In this document: positions 28,569 to 29,867 of the stretch, one piece after another | Numbering within the stretch: position 1 is the first letter of the stretch | Layout: every line of letters starts with the position of its first letter | Assembly: GCA_031414955.1 (NCBI GenBank) | Contig: JANOQV010000150.1 | Coordinates: 1 to 29,867 of the forward strand | DNA: 29,867 nucleotides | Direction: 5' to 3' | Source of the DNA: Pedosphaera sp. | GTDB lineage: Bacteria; Verrucomicrobiota; Verrucomicrobiia; Limisphaerales; SIBH01 | Translations under genes and position numbers: made by a program | The notes under the pieces: model-generated | What the model saw: only the letters and a program-made list of their open reading frames with translations | What the model was told of the DNA's origin: nothing | Database searches by the model: none

Positions 28569-29087
28569 TCACAACCTGATCTTCAAATCGAACTCCCGGA
28601 CCATCGCCATCATTGCCTCAGCGTTCCCTTTCGCATCGTCAACTGGGTGGTGTGTGTGCCCGGTGATCCGCAGATGCTTGAAGTTCTTGGACGTGTCTCG
28701 CACCAGTCCTTTGTAGAGCGAGCCGAGGTTGGTTGAGGAATGGCCGAACGGATTCTCACCCAGGAAGTGATGGAAATACCAACAGATGAACTGCCAGTCG
28801 TAGCCGTTATTGTCAGAGATGAACATGGGACGGTTGGACACATTCACCTTCAGCCAGTCGCGAAAGTCAGCCATCACCTTCTCGGGAGCTTCGAACTGCA
28901 TCACCTCCTCACGACTGAACCCGCTGACTGCCAGAGCTTCAGGAATCCACTTGTCGGAGATCGGTCGCAGCTTCCCGTAGAACGTCTTGTCGAGGGTGGG
29001 AGTGACCAGAACCGCACCGAAGCTGATCAAGGAATAGTCGCCTGGAATTGGCCCGTCTGACTCGACATCCACCATCACGTAGCTCAT
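28569..29087 (-). CDS. DEDDh 3'-5' exoribonuclease (Rv2179c/RNase AS-like)
   Basis: VMVDVESDGPIPG (ExoI), NNGYDWQF (ExoII) and THHPVDDAKGNA (ExoIII). Confidence 0.85.
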   Translation of the reverse strand: MSYVMVDVESDGPIPGDYSLISFGAVLVTPTLDKTFYGKLRPISDKWIPEALAVSGFSREEVMQFEAPEKVMADFRDWLKVNVSNRPMFISDNNGYDWQFICWYFHHFLGENPFGHSSTNLGSLYKGLVRDTSKNFKHLRITGHTHHPVDDAKGNAEAMMAMVREFDLKIRL

Positions 29088-29185
29088 GGGCGGATGGTGG
29101 TTGAATGGAGGATTGTGGGCAATTCTCAACGGCCGTTTGATCTCGTGCGGCGTCAAACCGGTGGCACTGTTCACTTTGGTGTTTG

Positions 29186-29338
29186 GTGCTGTTCTACGGG
29201 GCGCTGAAGGCTGATGAGGTGAAGGCCGAGTTGCTGGAGTTCGCGGAAGGCACGCACGGCTACAAGGGCAAGGACTGGGACGCCTGGCAGAAGCGATGTG
29301 TCGAGTGGCTTGGAGAGACGTTCAAGCTGAAGAATTGA
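29186..29338 (+). pseudogene. C-terminal remnant of an alpha/beta hydrolase (esterase-like)
   Basis: VLFYGALKADEVKAELLEFAEGTHGYKGKDWDAWQKRCVEWLGETFKLKN* includes the catalytic-His HG motif. No N-terminal part is present. Confidence 0.55.
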
Positions 29339-29408
29339 AGCGGGCGATCCCGGCTCAAGCCAGCCACGAGCAGGTGCCGAGCGACCGCGGTCAAAGCGTG
29401 TGTCCACG

Positions 29409-29867
29409 CTAGACAGTATGGCTGGCGATGAAAGTGAAAGTGGTGCCTGCTCTCCGGGAACGTGGATTGCGCCGCGTGGGCGGTGCCGAGCCACCAGGTT
29501 GGGAACGGAAGTTCCCACCGCAGTTGAAACCACAGCTCCAACAACCTGAAAGGAAAGCAGACACCATGAAGACCTACATACTCCGCGACCCAAAAACTGT
29601 CGAGCGGCAAAAGCCCGCCGCCCGACTCCCCCAACCCAACCCCGCCCCGGCCGTCGTCACCACCACCGCCCTGGCGGTGGCCGACCGTCTCGTGCCCCCG
29701 GTGTTGTTCATCGGCCTGGACGTCCACAAGGATTCCATCGCCGTGTCGCTCGCGCCCTCGGACTCGACCGAGGTGCGGCGCTACGGGGTGCTCGGCGGCA
29801 CGCACGATGACGTGCTCCAGCTCGCCAAGAAGTTGCAGGCCGCCCATCCCGGCACGGAACTGCGCTT
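29409..29867 (+). mobile_element. IS110-family element, left end (continues past the window; left boundary approximate)
   Basis: A ~155-nt structured non-coding region precedes a DEDD recombinase N-terminus. No terminal IR is seen. Confidence 0.75.
29566..29867 (+). CDS. IS110-family transposase/recombinase, N-terminal part (runs off the window; not in the ORF track)
   Basis: MKTYILRDPK...VLFIGLDVHKDSIAVSLAPSDSTEVRRYG contains the IGLDVHK RuvC-like DEDD motif. Confidence 0.9.
   Translation, partial: MKTYILRDPKTVERQKPAARLPQPNPAPAVVTTTALAVADRLVPPVLFIGLDVHKDSIAVSLAPSDSTEVRRYGVLGGTHDDVLQLAKKLQAAHPGTELR

Overview
GC-rich bacterial chromosome segment. Gene style and content suggest Verrucomicrobiota, but this is inference. 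1-3.9 kb is an eroded accessory patch: a truncated IS256, phage-like gene fragments, an intact DUF433/DUF5615(PIN) toxin-antitoxin pair, and two tandem IS481/IS1202-type remnants abutting the purA -35 box. 4-16 kb is core-like: purA, uppS, a beta-propeller sensor kinase with a LuxR-type response regulator, a cardiolipin synthase-like PLD, three CNNM/CBS genes and rpmB. 16.0-26.6 kb is a ~10.6-kb element integrated at the 3' end of tRNA-Glu(TTC) with 30-bp att repeats. It carries an integrase, an Xis-like HTH, a replication initiator with iterons, a DnaC-like loader, four unknown ORFs, a lambda-gpH-like tail tape measure protein as its only recognisable virion gene, and a degenerate ATP-dependent ligase adenylation domain. 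This is the best candidate for an undescribed system: a phage satellite that supplies or interferes with the tape measure. After it come a DAHP synthase preceded by an unannotated Phe/Trp/Tyr-rich leader peptide and attenuator, tRNA-Leu(CAG), a DEDDh exoribonuclease, a hydrolase fragment, and the left end of an IS110 element with a structured, bridge-RNA-like leader. All family calls come from motif recognition by eye; no searches were run.
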